A DNA stretch of 64,000 nucleotides, taken from the IMG/VR virus record IMGVR_UViG_3300031992_000011; one strand, 5' to 3'. Positions 33,532 to 44,186 of the stretch are shown piece after piece; position 1 is the first letter of the stretch; every line of letters starts with the position of its first letter. Position numbers and translations under genes: made by a program. The DNA comes from a virus. Its lineage: Duplodnaviria; Caudoviricetes. The notes under the pieces were generated by a model, which made no database searches, was not told the DNA's origin, and saw nothing but the letters and a program-made list of their open reading frames with translations.

Positions 33532-36155
33532 TGGGAAGGTACAGCAAATCATATAGCAACTATGTGCTGCGCAAGAAGCACATGGGTGTTGAAGGAGGAA
33601 CCATATTCGAGCGCGACTGGGTGACTATCGGCGAACGCCATAAACTCGAGCCCGGCAAACGTCCGACCTATGGAAGCGGAAACTTTGTCTTCACGGACAA
33701 CAGCCGAATCAACACGAAGAAGAGGCATAAGTACGGAACAGAGGTGTCGAGGTGGACATACGGCGATGTCGCCAACGCGCAGCCGGACACCAATATCGTA
33801 AAGGTGAACATGCGCAGCAACGACATGCGGGATTTCGCGTATTACGGATCGTGTGTCGAACTTGTCCGCACGGCGATAATCCACATCATCGAATGGTTCC
33901 CGGCATCGGTCACAGCAAGCCAAAACGTGCTGTACACCACAGAAGACGGAAAAAAGAGATACGGGATTTCAAACCCGCTTGGGATAGACTTTACACATTC
34001 CGTGTCACTTGCCGACATGGAAGGGATAAACCCGATGCGACTGCTCACGGTCACATGGCCTGAATACAGCGTGAACGGCAGTCTGATCACGTCATACCTT
34101 GTCAGCACAAACTTTCCGTACGAATGCGCCGAGGACAACGAAGGTCTTGTCGTCCAGACTGTGGAGATGGTGCTTGACAACGGCACTTCCACCGTGCTGT
34201 ACGGTTACTACAGTGACGGGGAGATAGTGTTCACGACACAGGATCCCAAGCTCGTAATCGAACCGAAATCGTTCCACTTGAAACTTTTCTTCGACTCACT
34301 GTCAGGTTTCGAGAAAATCCTGTTGGACAACACGACAAAACCATGCTACACGGCAAAACTGTTGACGCCGGTCGAATCTGACGGGGTGACCCGGTATGTG
34401 TACAGAAACTACACTTGGCCGTCTGACGGACGGTGCATAACGGCCGAAGGCGGCGCGTATGACATGTATGTCCAATCACTTTATGACATCGCCGAGAGGT
34501 TCGACTCGGAGTGGTGCGACAACCTGTACCGCAGGATGACACATGAGGCAATAAAGAACTTCGACTGGACATACACGAAGGACTACAATGACGGGGACGA
34601 ACTTTACAACATCGAGGGCGGAAACATCATGGCGAGCATGCTCAAGGTGATAGGCCGTCAGTTTGATGACCTCAAGCGCGGCATAGACGGGATAAGGATG
34701 ACCAACAACATCAGTTATGACGGATGCAACAATATCACGGACGCGGAACTCACTGACAGACTTGACATGCGCGGATGGGACACAGTGTCTGTGATACCGT
34801 CATTGACGGACGGAAACGGATATGCGGTGGCACAGTCGAGCACATCACTAAGACCTTCCGCCATATACAGATTCACAGCGAAGGGATCGTATGATGTGTT
34901 CGGCAGCAAGAGCGGTTTCTTCAAGAGCGTTACGTCCGGACACAGGATGTGGTATTCCGGCAAGGACCCGGTCACACTGACGGCGTCTGACGTGGACACG
35001 GATTTCATGCGCACACTTCTGCTGTTCACAAGGCATATTTGCAGGCACAAAGGCACCGTGCATTCGGTTGAGATGATGATGGCCATGTTCGGGCTTGGGC
35101 GTGATGTGGACTACGAGCTGCACGAAGGATATCATACAGTCGAGACAAAACCCATGTTCTATGCCGATGAGTGCACCGGTGAGGTTACAGACCTGACGTA
35201 TGAGATGAGGCGTTCGCTGAGCAATGTGAACAACTATGACACACAAGACAGTTTTTACGACAAAGGAACGGACGAATATGAGTTCACGTACAGGCGCATA
35301 CCGATGGGCGAGATGACGTACAAGAATCTGAATTACAGGATACCGTTGTATGAAAAGGACAAGGAGTATGACGGTTTCTTCACATTTCAGTCAGAGGGCG
35401 GATGGGCTAAAAAGAGCATAGACATGATGACCGGATATGACTACACCGAGACATTGTCGTACCTGAGGACTGTTGACAACATCGGCGAACTGCTTGACGT
35501 GAGTCCACACGCGGTTGTCATGGGTGATGTATATTATGTGTACAGCATAACAGACTATGCGGAATATTTCAATGACACAGAAGTGCCGGTGTCACATTTC
35601 TTTGTCGTCACAAATGAGTTTGACACGTCCACTATGTCCTCGTGGAGGAACATACAGATGGATCCGGATGACGAGTCGTTCGTCGACGACGAAGCGTACC
35701 GCAAGGCAATGTACATGGACAACATCATATCAGTCAACACCGGAAACAACCCGCACACCGGATACGGCATGTATGACATGGGCGGCAAGTACCTTGAGTA
35801 CATGAGGACGCCTTTCTCCTACGCTGCGTCGCATTACAGGATGGACAATGACATACTCGAATCAATGATGTCAGACGAATACACTTTCAACATCTCCAAC
35901 AACGGTTATCTAAGTCATATGTATGGTGACGGAGAGGACGCTGACGAGGGGAAGGTGCGGAATGCCGCCGAATGCGAGGACGGAAATGACGGAATACTTC
36001 ACAGGTACTTTTTGAACGACAAGACATTCGTGATAAAGAACATGCACGAAAAAGACACCTTGTTCACGCAGTATTTCATGAATGTCATCTTCCCGTTTGT
36101 CGCACAGATGATACCTGCGACAACAATTTTGGTATTGGAAGGTTTTAGTGATTGA
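33531..36155 (+). CDS. Putative baseplate/tail protein (874 aa)
   Basis: HKGTVHSVEMMMAMFG resembles the KGT..s/e motif of baseplate wedge/tail-I proteins. Confidence 0.6.
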   Translation: MGRYSKSYSNYVLRKKHMGVEGGTIFERDWVTIGERHKLEPGKRPTYGSGNFVFTDNSRINTKKRHKYGTEVSRWTYGDVANAQPDTNIVKVNMRSNDMRDFAYYGSCVELVRTAIIHIIEWFPASVTASQNVLYTTEDGKKRYGISNPLGIDFTHSVSLADMEGINPMRLLTVTWPEYSVNGSLITSYLVSTNFPYECAEDNEGLVVQTVEMVLDNGTSTVLYGYYSDGEIVFTTQDPKLVIEPKSFHLKLFFDSLSGFEKILLDNTTKPCYTAKLLTPVESDGVTRYVYRNYTWPSDGRCITAEGGAYDMYVQSLYDIAERFDSEWCDNLYRRMTHEAIKNFDWTYTKDYNDGDELYNIEGGNIMASMLKVIGRQFDDLKRGIDGIRMTNNISYDGCNNITDAELTDRLDMRGWDTVSVIPSLTDGNGYAVAQSSTSLRPSAIYRFTAKGSYDVFGSKSGFFKSVTSGHRMWYSGKDPVTLTASDVDTDFMRTLLLFTRHICRHKGTVHSVEMMMAMFGLGRDVDYELHEGYHTVETKPMFYADECTGEVTDLTYEMRRSLSNVNNYDTQDSFYDKGTDEYEFTYRRIPMGEMTYKNLNYRIPLYEKDKEYDGFFTFQSEGGWAKKSIDMMTGYDYTETLSYLRTVDNIGELLDVSPHAVVMGDVYYVYSITDYAEYFNDTEVPVSHFFVVTNEFDTSTMSSWRNIQMDPDDESFVDDEAYRKAMYMDNIISVNTGNNPHTGYGMYDMGGKYLEYMRTPFSYAASHYRMDNDILESMMSDEYTFNISNNGYLSHMYGDGEDADEGKVRNAAECEDGNDGILHRYFLNDKTFVIKNMHEKDTLFTQYFMNVIFPFVAQMIPATTILVLEGFSD

Positions 36156-37459
36156 ACGCAATGTCAGACAACACAACATACAAAGTTATAACCGTGGAAC
36201 GCGAAGTTGGGGGCAAGTGGGAGACACTGCAGGACCAACAGGTGATAACTTATGACATGCGGCCACATGTCGTGAGGTTCAGGGTGTCTGTGGGCGGAAA
36301 AGCGACCGACCACTTCACGCTTATGGCGAACGGTGACATGAATTTCGACTACGACCTTGAAACAGGTGGGTATGTCATCGTGAGACTTCCTCGAAATTTG
36401 GATGACGATCATACGACAACGCTGATATTTGCTGATTTCACCGATTACTACAATCGGATGTCAGTAGTGCTGCGCCATCATGCGGAACCATACGAGATAA
36501 CCATAGATGAAGTGCGCGTCGACAATGACACTGTGACCGCAGACATTGACGTGGACGGGACAAAATGGATACACATACCTCCGTACGTGAATGAGGAGAA
36601 TGAGGACAACGGGAAGTACAGGCCTCAGCGGATAAGCGTGTCTGTGTCAATAAGCGGAGGCAGAAGAACACCGTACATACGGGTCGACAAATTGAGACTT
36701 ACGAATATGTACAGTGGCGACACAGATGACGGCGGCGCCATTGAAGAGTCATGGGAGAAGGTTTCCAACGACAGATCGGTCCGAATCGACGAGATTGGAA
36801 ACGGATACAGAGATGGCGAAGGGGACATGACACATTACAGCATCGCGTTGCTGGCTGACGGAAACTTCGATCCTCTGTTTCCGGACGTCAGATATGCTTA
36901 TGTTGTCCGTATACGACACGCCGGAAACCCGCGAGAAGTCTATGACGATCTGTGGATTGACTACAACGGAGGCGATGTGACTGACGGAACCACACCGGCA
37001 CAGAAGATGGCGACGTCGACACCGATAACGGCGATGCCGGCCGGTGCAGACTTGTCAAAACCGACAGTGTATAAGGAAGACGTCGTTAGTTATGAGGCCA
37101 GGCCTGCGGCACCGGAGATTGTTATACCGGACACAGTTGAGAGGATGACCGACGGCGAAGGTCCGGAACACAACACGTTCTTTGTGAGTAAAGGGGATGA
37201 AGGATACGTTGAGGTGTCCTACCGCATGTCTACCGCTTATGAGGACAACAGACTAAGCGTGAACACTCACAGTCTGAGGATATTGTGTGACGTCAACAAG
37301 ACTGACGAGGAATACATGTGGACTGTCCGTTTTTATGTGAACGAACGTTCAGTGTATGCATCCCCCGTCATCGCCAAGGTTTCAGTGTACCAGTCAATGC
37401 TGCCAAATGTCACGGACACCGTCTATGTCATATGGAATGAGGAAACTACAGGTTCATGA
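36152..37459 (+). CDS. Putative structural protein (435 aa)
   Basis: Beta-rich ORF ending structural operon. Confidence 0.6.
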   Translation: MNAMSDNTTYKVITVEREVGGKWETLQDQQVITYDMRPHVVRFRVSVGGKATDHFTLMANGDMNFDYDLETGGYVIVRLPRNLDDDHTTTLIFADFTDYYNRMSVVLRHHAEPYEITIDEVRVDNDTVTADIDVDGTKWIHIPPYVNEENEDNGKYRPQRISVSVSISGGRRTPYIRVDKLRLTNMYSGDTDDGGAIEESWEKVSNDRSVRIDEIGNGYRDGEGDMTHYSIALLADGNFDPLFPDVRYAYVVRIRHAGNPREVYDDLWIDYNGGDVTDGTTPAQKMATSTPITAMPAGADLSKPTVYKEDVVSYEARPAAPEIVIPDTVERMTDGEGPEHNTFFVSKGDEGYVEVSYRMSTAYEDNRLSVNTHSLRILCDVNKTDEEYMWTVRFYVNERSVYASPVIAKVSVYQSMLPNVTDTVYVIWNEETTGS

Positions 37460-38276
37460 CTTGCTCACAGTCATTGGACACATCATCATATGAATCTATC
37501 GAGAATCTGATTGTGCGGTACTTGTTCGGAACTTCCTTGAGTTTATATTTCATTGTCGCGATGTCCCAAACGACAAAACCGTGCCCGCTGATGTTTTCAC
37601 CTGCGTCCCGCTGAAACACCGATCCTGCGTACACGAGAGGGACACCGCCTTTTTTTATCATCTGATGCTTGTGTATGTGCCCAGCCATTACGCAGTCAAG
37701 ACCTTCAAAATATGACGGGTCCACCCCAGAGTCAGACATCCGGCCGATGTCCGTGACAGCGCCTGCGTAGTCTCCGTGATACAGACCCACAAACTTGTGC
37801 TCAGGGTATTCATCCCTAAGACCGTCGATGTTCGGTTTTGCGAAACGGTCGAACATGGAGAACAGGACCCATACAACACCGTCATCCACGACATAACCGC
37901 TCTTGTAATCCAACGACTTGTCAATGAAGGTCACGTTCTCGTATGCTCCATTGATTTCGAAAGTTGGACTTATCGAGTCAGTCCTGTCCATATTGTTCTC
38001 AAGCATGTCATGGTTGCCGGCGACTATTATTGACGGACATATGGCGTCCATGAAATTCAGCATCTCATGGAACACTTGCCTCGCCTCATTCGTTGTCCGT
38101 ATTTTCTGATGAAACACGTCACCGACGACCACAATCCTCGCGTTTGACGGCGACGAGCACTTCTTCACCTCTTTCAGCACGGACGACATCAACACCTTAA
38201 CCATTTCCGAGTAAGGTCTGTCAGAGACGTCGTTCGGTATATGGATGTCGGCCATGTGTATAACTTTCTCAATCAT
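37446..38276 (-). CDS. Mre11/SbcD (T4 gp47-like) metallophosphoesterase nuclease domain
   Basis: HMADIH, VGDVFH, AGNHD, LYHG, AGHIHK, YAGS. Confidence 0.88.
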   Translation of the reverse strand: MIEKVIHMADIHIPNDVSDRPYSEMVKVLMSSVLKEVKKCSSPSNARIVVVGDVFHQKIRTTNEARQVFHEMLNFMDAICPSIIVAGNHDMLENNMDRTDSISPTFEINGAYENVTFIDKSLDYKSGYVVDDGVVWVLFSMFDRFAKPNIDGLRDEYPEHKFVGLYHGDYAGAVTDIGRMSDSGVDPSYFEGLDCVMAGHIHKHQMIKKGGVPLVYAGSVFQRDAGENISGHGFVVWDIATMKYKLKEVPNKYRTIRFSIDSYDDVSNDCEQVMNL

Positions 38277-38293
38277 ATGTACAATTTTTTACG

Positions 38294-38325
38294 CAAAGGT
38301 ACTACATTAAGTCCGTCTATGCAAA
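38294..38325 (-). promoter_or_regulatory. Bacteroidota-type promoter
   Basis: Minus strand TTTG, N20, TACCTTTG. Confidence 0.75.
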
Positions 38326-38413
38326 TTTTTAGAAAACTTTAACAATCGTGATTTTAATTTTTCTTCGCACGCGATATTGAAAGTTTAGAACTGTCAATTC
38401 CATATTAAAGACG

Positions 38414-39232
38414 ATGGAAGACAAGAGCAATAACGGTTTAAGGATGATCATGGGTCTTGACGTGTCAACAAGATGCGTCGGGATTACCGTGGCGTCTGTG
38501 TCGGACGAAGATTTCAAAGTTTTGGTGGTGACCCATCTGCGACCGAAGATACCGACCAAGATAAAGGGCACCGAGGCGTTATTCATGAAAAGCGCCGTGA
38601 TAGCGGACGAGCTTAAGAAATATGAAGCGTACGGGATAACGGACGTCGTGATAGAAGAGCCTCTGATAGGGAGCAACAACGCCAACACCGCGTCAACGCT
38701 GCTAAGGTTCAACGGGATGATTTCACAGTCGGTGTACGACACACTCCATGTGGTACCGGAATTCATATCTTCATATGACGCAAGAAAGTACGCATGCCCA
38801 CAGCTGATGACTGTGAGAAGGTTCAAGAAGAACGGAGATTTCGTGGGGAGGAAGAAAGTAACCCACGCGCTGAAACACGACGAGCTTGTCCTGTTCGGCG
38901 ACTTCAGTTTCGACTGCGCCAAGAAACTGATACTTTGGAACATCGTCTCAGAACGGTTCCCAGGTATACAGTGGCAGTACAAACCCAACGGGGACCTCAA
39001 GGACGAGAACTTTGACGCCAGCGACAGCCTGATATGTGTTCTCGGGCAATTGTCCAAGGAGAAGCACGAAGGTGAAGAACCGGCCGTAAAGGAATGGACC
39101 GACCACGGCGACCATGTGGAGTATAAGGTGGATTTCTGCGGGGAGACGATAGAGCACAGAATTGACATGGAAGAGGAAGAAGCGACACATGAGTTATCGC
39201 ACGACATGCGGGAATCGTACACAAATTGTTGA
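38414..39232 (+). CDS. RuvC-like Holliday junction resolvase
   Basis: IMGLDVST, VVIEEP, FDASDS acidic triad of RNase H fold. Confidence 0.7.
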   Translation: MEDKSNNGLRMIMGLDVSTRCVGITVASVSDEDFKVLVVTHLRPKIPTKIKGTEALFMKSAVIADELKKYEAYGITDVVIEEPLIGSNNANTASTLLRFNGMISQSVYDTLHVVPEFISSYDARKYACPQLMTVRRFKKNGDFVGRKKVTHALKHDELVLFGDFSFDCAKKLILWNIVSERFPGIQWQYKPNGDLKDENFDASDSLICVLGQLSKEKHEGEEPAVKEWTDHGDHVEYKVDFCGETIEHRIDMEEEEATHELSHDMRESYTNC

Positions 39233-39238
39233 GAAAAA

Positions 39239-39270
39239 TTTGCACATGTCATAGATTATGCCTATCTTTG
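39239..39270 (+). promoter_or_regulatory. Bacteroidota-type promoter
   Basis: TTTG, N20, TATCTTTG. Confidence 0.75.
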
Positions 39271-39298
39271 CGGAAAATTTACTATAAGACACGAGGAT

Positions 39299-39574
39299 AT
39301 GGACAGAAAAACATTGACCGACGCGCTTTGTGAGATGGGGCATGATGATGCGATATTGTTCGACAACCCTTCTTTCGATGACGCGATAATAGGTGTGACT
39401 GACAACGGGCAAATATGCTACCAGTACGACAAGATGGTGGAGTGCCTGTCGAAGGAGGACGGGATGGACGAAGAGTCTGCCGCCGAATTCATTGACTACA
39501 ACACGGTAAGGGCGCTGCCTTATGTAAAACCCCAAGACAAACGACCGGTGATAATATACGGCATTTGGTATTAA
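39299..39574 (+). CDS. Small hypothetical phage protein
   Basis: 91 aa, FDDAIIG..YDKMVE..EFIDYNT, own promoter. Confidence 0.7.
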   Translation: MDRKTLTDALCEMGHDDAILFDNPSFDDAIIGVTDNGQICYQYDKMVECLSKEDGMDEESAAEFIDYNTVRALPYVKPQDKRPVIIYGIWY

Positions 39575-39607
39575 ATGCAGACAATTTTCAAAAAAAGACC
39601 CGTATTT

Positions 39608-39639
39608 TTTGCGGGTCTTGATTTTTTGTAGTATCTTTG
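39608..39639 (+). promoter_or_regulatory. Bacteroidota-type promoter
   Basis: TTTG, N20, TATCTTTG. Confidence 0.75.
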
Positions 39640-39659
39640 TCGCGTGTTTCTTGTAGAAG

Positions 39660-40670
39660 ATGGAAGACGTGACCGACAAGATACTGACACTCTTGGAGTC
39701 ATTCCTCGGAGAATGGGGCAAGAGCAGCGGCGGGTGGCATTCGTTCAACTGCCCTTGTTGCGCTGAAGAGGACATGGTGGAACGCGACGGAAAGTACAAC
39801 TTGGAGGTGATGGTCGATCCGGAATCATCCGGCGGGGGCGGATATCATTGTTGGAAGTGCGGAGACTACAACGGGATGAAGGGCAGACTGATAAACCTGT
39901 TCAAGAAATATGCCCCTTACGAAACGACAGCAGAATTTGTGCGGACGGTCAGGGATTACCGTGATTCAAAGAAATACGAACTGAATTTCTCGACACCGGA
40001 TGACGAGATAGAAAGTGACGGGGAGATGACTTTGCCGGACGGTTTCCGGCCGGTAACGCCGGACGACAAGGACGCATACGGGTATCTGATTGGCAGAGGT
40101 CTGAACGACAGAATCATATCCAGACACCGTATAGGTTTTGTCGGCGCTGACACCAAAGACAGGAACATGGCGCACCGGATAGTTTTCCCGTCATACGACA
40201 TGTACGGAGCGCTCAACTATTGGACTGCGCGCGACTACACCGGCAAGAACAAGCAAAAGTCCAAGAATCCGAAACAGTCGAAACACGACATAGTCTTCAA
40301 CGAGTATCTGATCAACTGGTACGAGCCTGTGACACTTGTCGAAGGGCCGTTCGACCATGTGGTCACGCCAAACTCAATACCGCTTCTCGGCAAAGTGATG
40401 AAGAATGACAGCGCCGTCTACAAAGCGCTGACAGAGAGGTGCAGGTCAACCGTACGGATATTCCTTGACGACGACGCAAGACGCGACGCTGTCGCGATTT
40501 ACAAGATGCTTTCTTGCGGAGGAATGTCTGACCGATTGTATATTGTTGACACCGCATCGTGCGGCCACGACGCGTCGGACATATACAGGGATTCAGGACC
40601 ATACGGGATAATTTCCACCCTCTGTTCGGCGCACGAAATAAAGGAGTACGAACTTGCATTTGGAATATGA
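39660..40670 (+). CDS. DNA primase (Zn finger + TOPRIM)
   Basis: FNCPCC..YHCWKC, YLIGRG, RIVFP, LVEGPFD, FLDDD. Confidence 0.88.
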   Translation: MEDVTDKILTLLESFLGEWGKSSGGWHSFNCPCCAEEDMVERDGKYNLEVMVDPESSGGGGYHCWKCGDYNGMKGRLINLFKKYAPYETTAEFVRTVRDYRDSKKYELNFSTPDDEIESDGEMTLPDGFRPVTPDDKDAYGYLIGRGLNDRIISRHRIGFVGADTKDRNMAHRIVFPSYDMYGALNYWTARDYTGKNKQKSKNPKQSKHDIVFNEYLINWYEPVTLVEGPFDHVVTPNSIPLLGKVMKNDSAVYKALTERCRSTVRIFLDDDARRDAVAIYKMLSCGGMSDRLYIVDTASCGHDASDIYRDSGPYGIISTLCSAHEIKEYELAFGI

Positions 40671-41014
40671 CAGACTACTCGATACGCATAACATTCACGG
40701 ACAGAGAAATGAAGTCGTTGGAAAATTTCGTGTCCGCAAACGGCATAGATATCGCGGAATACGCGAAAGAGGCGGTCATGTCGAGGCTGAACGTGGACAG
40801 ATACGGCGACATGAACATGATGAAAAAACCGAAGACGACGCGCAAACGGACAACAAAGACAAAGACAGAAACTCCTCAGAACGAGAACGCAGACGCGGTA
40901 TCGCCACCGGAGGACGTAACTGTGCAACCAGAAACAGACACAACGCCACAGTCGACGGTTGAAACGGAGATTGAGGAGAAACCAAAGAAGCGTGTAATCA
41001 AGATAAAACGATGA
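40667..41014 (+). CDS. Hypothetical protein (possible ribbon-helix-helix N-terminus)
   Basis: ATGA overlap with primase stop; YSIRITF..LENFV..IAEYAKEAV. Confidence 0.55.
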   Translation: MTDYSIRITFTDREMKSLENFVSANGIDIAEYAKEAVMSRLNVDRYGDMNMMKKPKTTRKRTTKTKTETPQNENADAVSPPEDVTVQPETDTTPQSTVETEIEEKPKKRVIKIKR

Positions 41015-41017
41015 GAT

Positions 41018-43441
41018 ATGGCAAAACTGAATGTGAACAATACCGACAAACTGGTGTTCGACCTAAGAATGCACCAGATTGACTACAACAAACAGAAGGA
41101 GGAATCACTGCGTCATCAGATAGCGGAGAAGTATGGTGTGCCCGTCAAGAATGTCGAGGTCAATTTCATACCACTGACAACGAATGACGACGGCGAGAAA
41201 ATATCACTTGCGGCAGACGTGATCGAGAACATACAGGACCCTAAGTTTCAGTCACAACTGTTCAGGGAGTATGTCAAGGCGAAGGAGTTGGAAGATGTGG
41301 ACTTTGAAGGCATAGACGCCATAGACGCACAGGTCAACGCACTGGTGGATTTCGACGCGTATGCGACATACAAGACATACAAGTTCAAGTATGTAAAGTG
41401 GGACAACTACCTGTCGTACGGAAGCGGCAACATGTTCGATTTCACCAAACTGCACGGACTTGTTCTGCTCAACGGACAACCGGAGAACCAGTGCGGAAAG
41501 ACGACTTTCGCGATAGACCTTCTGCGGTTCGCACTGTTCGGCCGCGCACACAAGTCGCCGGACCTGTCCAGCGTGTTCAACATTTACAGACCGGAGGACA
41601 CGCAGGTGATGGTCGAGGCTTGCATCGAAATTGACGGGGTGGACTATGTGATAAGGCGAACCGTCACGCGGCCGCCGCTCGCGAAGAGGACGGAGAAGAG
41701 CAAGCCCAAGCAGAAGGTGGAATACTTCCGGCTCACGAACGGAAACTACGAGGAGATGGAGAATGCCGAGGGCGAGAGTGGACGTGAGACAAACAAGATA
41801 ATCAGCGATTCCGTCGGCACGCTTGAGGACTACAACCTTATCATATCTGCGACGGCAAAAACTTTGGGCGACCTGTTGGACATGGGGCAGACTGACAAAG
41901 GCCGACTGTTCTCGCGATGGCTCGGTCTTCTTTCGATAGAGCGCAAGGAAGAGATAGCGAAGGACATGTGGAAAAAGAACATCTATCCGAAACTACTCTC
42001 GAACACCTATAACAAGACATCTATAAACGGGGAGATAAACGACCTCAAGAACTGCATAGCGGACAACGACAAAGGAATCGCGCACGAAGAGGAACTTCTC
42101 GCCGAGTCCAACAACAGACTGGCAAGTTTGAACAACCGGAAGACCGAAGTTCTGAGCAGCATGAAGGACGTCAGCGACACACTGACAAAGGATGACGTCA
42201 CGACCCTCGAGAACCGCAAGGCGCAAACCGAGACAGACCTTGCCAGATTCAGGGCGGAACTGTCGTCACTCAAGGTCGCCTACATGGACGTGAAAGATGT
42301 GAAATTCGACCCGGCCGAACTTGACACTGCAAACGAGACCTATGACCGTCTGACAAAAGAGAAACATTCGATAGAACTCGCCAACGCGGAACTCAAGGCA
42401 AACATAAAGCTGAAACGCGACGAAGTCGCCAGAATAAACGCGCTTGTCGCCGAGGGGAAATGCCCTACATGCGGACAGGATATTGACACCGACAGACAGA
42501 ACGAGAACATCAGCAAGATACAGGCCGAGATAAACTCACTGATAACCCAAGGTGTCGCCAACAAGGGGAAAATTGACGGAATCGTCGCAAAAATGGCGGA
42601 AACGTCGGAGCAAATCAGACGTCTGACCGAGTCTCAGGGCAAGATGAACACCAAGAGTTCGCTCGAACTCAAGATGATAGCCGTCAAGTCAAAGATAGAC
42701 AAGGCAAAATTGGAAATCGCGGACTATGAAAGACGGCTTTCGGAAGTCGAGAAGAACAAGGAGAACATCCGCATCAACAACGAGATAACACTCACCATCA
42801 AGACAATCGACGAGTCGATAAGGGTGGAGACACAGACCAAAGAGTCGCACATAAGGGCGATAGAGGTTTACAAGGGAGAAAACAAGCAGCACGGGAAGTC
42901 CATAAGCGACCGCGAGACCATAATCAGACAATTGGACGAGGAAGAAAGGACTATCCGGAACTGGAACCTATACCAACAGATGGTCGGGAAGAACGGAATA
43001 GTGAAACTGGTGCTCAAGAAGGCACTGCCTGTGATAAACAACGAAGTATCCAGACTGCTGAACGGACTCTGTGACTTTAAAGTGGAGGTGTCTGTCGGCG
43101 ACGACAATTTTGTCCACATGGATCTCGTCAGGGGCGGGCAGCATCTGGACCTTGGACGCGGCGCTTCCGGGTTCGAGTCTGTGATGGCCTCAATAGCGCT
43201 CAGACACAGTCTCGCCGGTATCGCGACCATGCCGAAACCGAACTTTACGGTGCTTGACGAAGTTCTCGACGGGGTCGCCGTGTCAAACCACGAGAACGTC
43301 CACGAACTGTTCAAGAGAATATCGAAGTCATACGACTTCATCATACACATCACGCACAACGAGTTGCTGTCCGACTGGCACGACTGCAACATCTGCGTGA
43401 CCAAGGGCGACGACATGGTTTCGCACATATCGCTCAAATAA
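41018..43441 (+). CDS. Rad50/SbcC (T4 gp46-like) SMC ATPase
   Basis: WDNYLSYG, NQCGKTT, coiled coil with CPTC Zn hook, ASGFE signature, VLDE, ITH. Confidence 0.9.
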   Translation: MAKLNVNNTDKLVFDLRMHQIDYNKQKEESLRHQIAEKYGVPVKNVEVNFIPLTTNDDGEKISLAADVIENIQDPKFQSQLFREYVKAKELEDVDFEGIDAIDAQVNALVDFDAYATYKTYKFKYVKWDNYLSYGSGNMFDFTKLHGLVLLNGQPENQCGKTTFAIDLLRFALFGRAHKSPDLSSVFNIYRPEDTQVMVEACIEIDGVDYVIRRTVTRPPLAKRTEKSKPKQKVEYFRLTNGNYEEMENAEGESGRETNKIISDSVGTLEDYNLIISATAKTLGDLLDMGQTDKGRLFSRWLGLLSIERKEEIAKDMWKKNIYPKLLSNTYNKTSINGEINDLKNCIADNDKGIAHEEELLAESNNRLASLNNRKTEVLSSMKDVSDTLTKDDVTTLENRKAQTETDLARFRAELSSLKVAYMDVKDVKFDPAELDTANETYDRLTKEKHSIELANAELKANIKLKRDEVARINALVAEGKCPTCGQDIDTDRQNENISKIQAEINSLITQGVANKGKIDGIVAKMAETSEQIRRLTESQGKMNTKSSLELKMIAVKSKIDKAKLEIADYERRLSEVEKNKENIRINNEITLTIKTIDESIRVETQTKESHIRAIEVYKGENKQHGKSISDRETIIRQLDEEERTIRNWNLYQQMVGKNGIVKLVLKKALPVINNEVSRLLNGLCDFKVEVSVGDDNFVHMDLVRGGQHLDLGRGASGFESVMASIALRHSLAGIATMPKPNFTVLDEVLDGVAVSNHENVHELFKRISKSYDFIIHITHNELLSDWHDCNICVTKGDDMVSHISLK

Positions 43442-43463
43442 ACAAACTAATGTCTAACATTTA

Positions 43464-44162
43464 ATGAAGGTAAACAACAATGAAAAGCTAGAGGAAATTG
43501 ACATATATCTCGAACAGATAAAGAGATACAAACTGCTGACAAGGGAGCGCGAATACGAACTGTCAGAGAGGATAAAGAAGGGTGACGAACAGGCTCTTGA
43601 CGAGCTTGTGAACGCCAACCTTCGTTTTGTTGTCTCAATAGCGAAGGCTTACAAAAAAAGCGGGATTCCGTTCCACGACCTAATTTCCGAGGGCAACATC
43701 GGTCTGGTGAAGGCGGCCCGCAAGTTCGACCACACGAAGGGCGTCAAGTTCATATCATATGCCGTATGGTGGGTGAAGAGCCAGATACAGGAAAGCATCA
43801 AGGAAAACGCCAAGAGCGACAATTTCCACGGTGACGACTACATGGAGATGATGATGCGCGATTCTGATTTTGAGTACAAGACAAATCTCATCAACGAAGA
43901 CTTCGAGAACGATGTCGTCACAATGTCTAGCCGTCAGACTGTCATCGACGAACTGACCAAGGTGCTTAATGAACGAGAGAAAAAGATACTTCTGATGTAC
44001 TATGGTGTCGGGAGGAAATCGGAATGCACTCTTGAGGAAATAGGAAGTGAACTAAACCTGACCAAGGAACGCGTCAGACAGATAAAGGACAAGGCACTGA
44101 CAAAAGTGAAGATAAATGCACTGATATCCGATGAGTTTGACAGTTTCAGCGAGTCAAGATAA
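43464..44162 (+). CDS. Sigma-70 family RNA polymerase sigma factor
   Basis: Regions 1.2 (YLEQI..LL), 2 (NLRFVVSIAK, DLISEGNIGL, FISYAVWW), 4.2 (TLEEIG..LTKERVRQI). Confidence 0.92.
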   Translation: MKVNNNEKLEEIDIYLEQIKRYKLLTREREYELSERIKKGDEQALDELVNANLRFVVSIAKAYKKSGIPFHDLISEGNIGLVKAARKFDHTKGVKFISYAVWWVKSQIQESIKENAKSDNFHGDDYMEMMMRDSDFEYKTNLINEDFENDVVTMSSRQTVIDELTKVLNEREKKILLMYYGVGRKSECTLEEIGSELNLTKERVRQIKDKALTKVKINALISDEFDSFSESR

Positions 44163-44186
44163 CACTACGAAATATTTATTTTTGAT

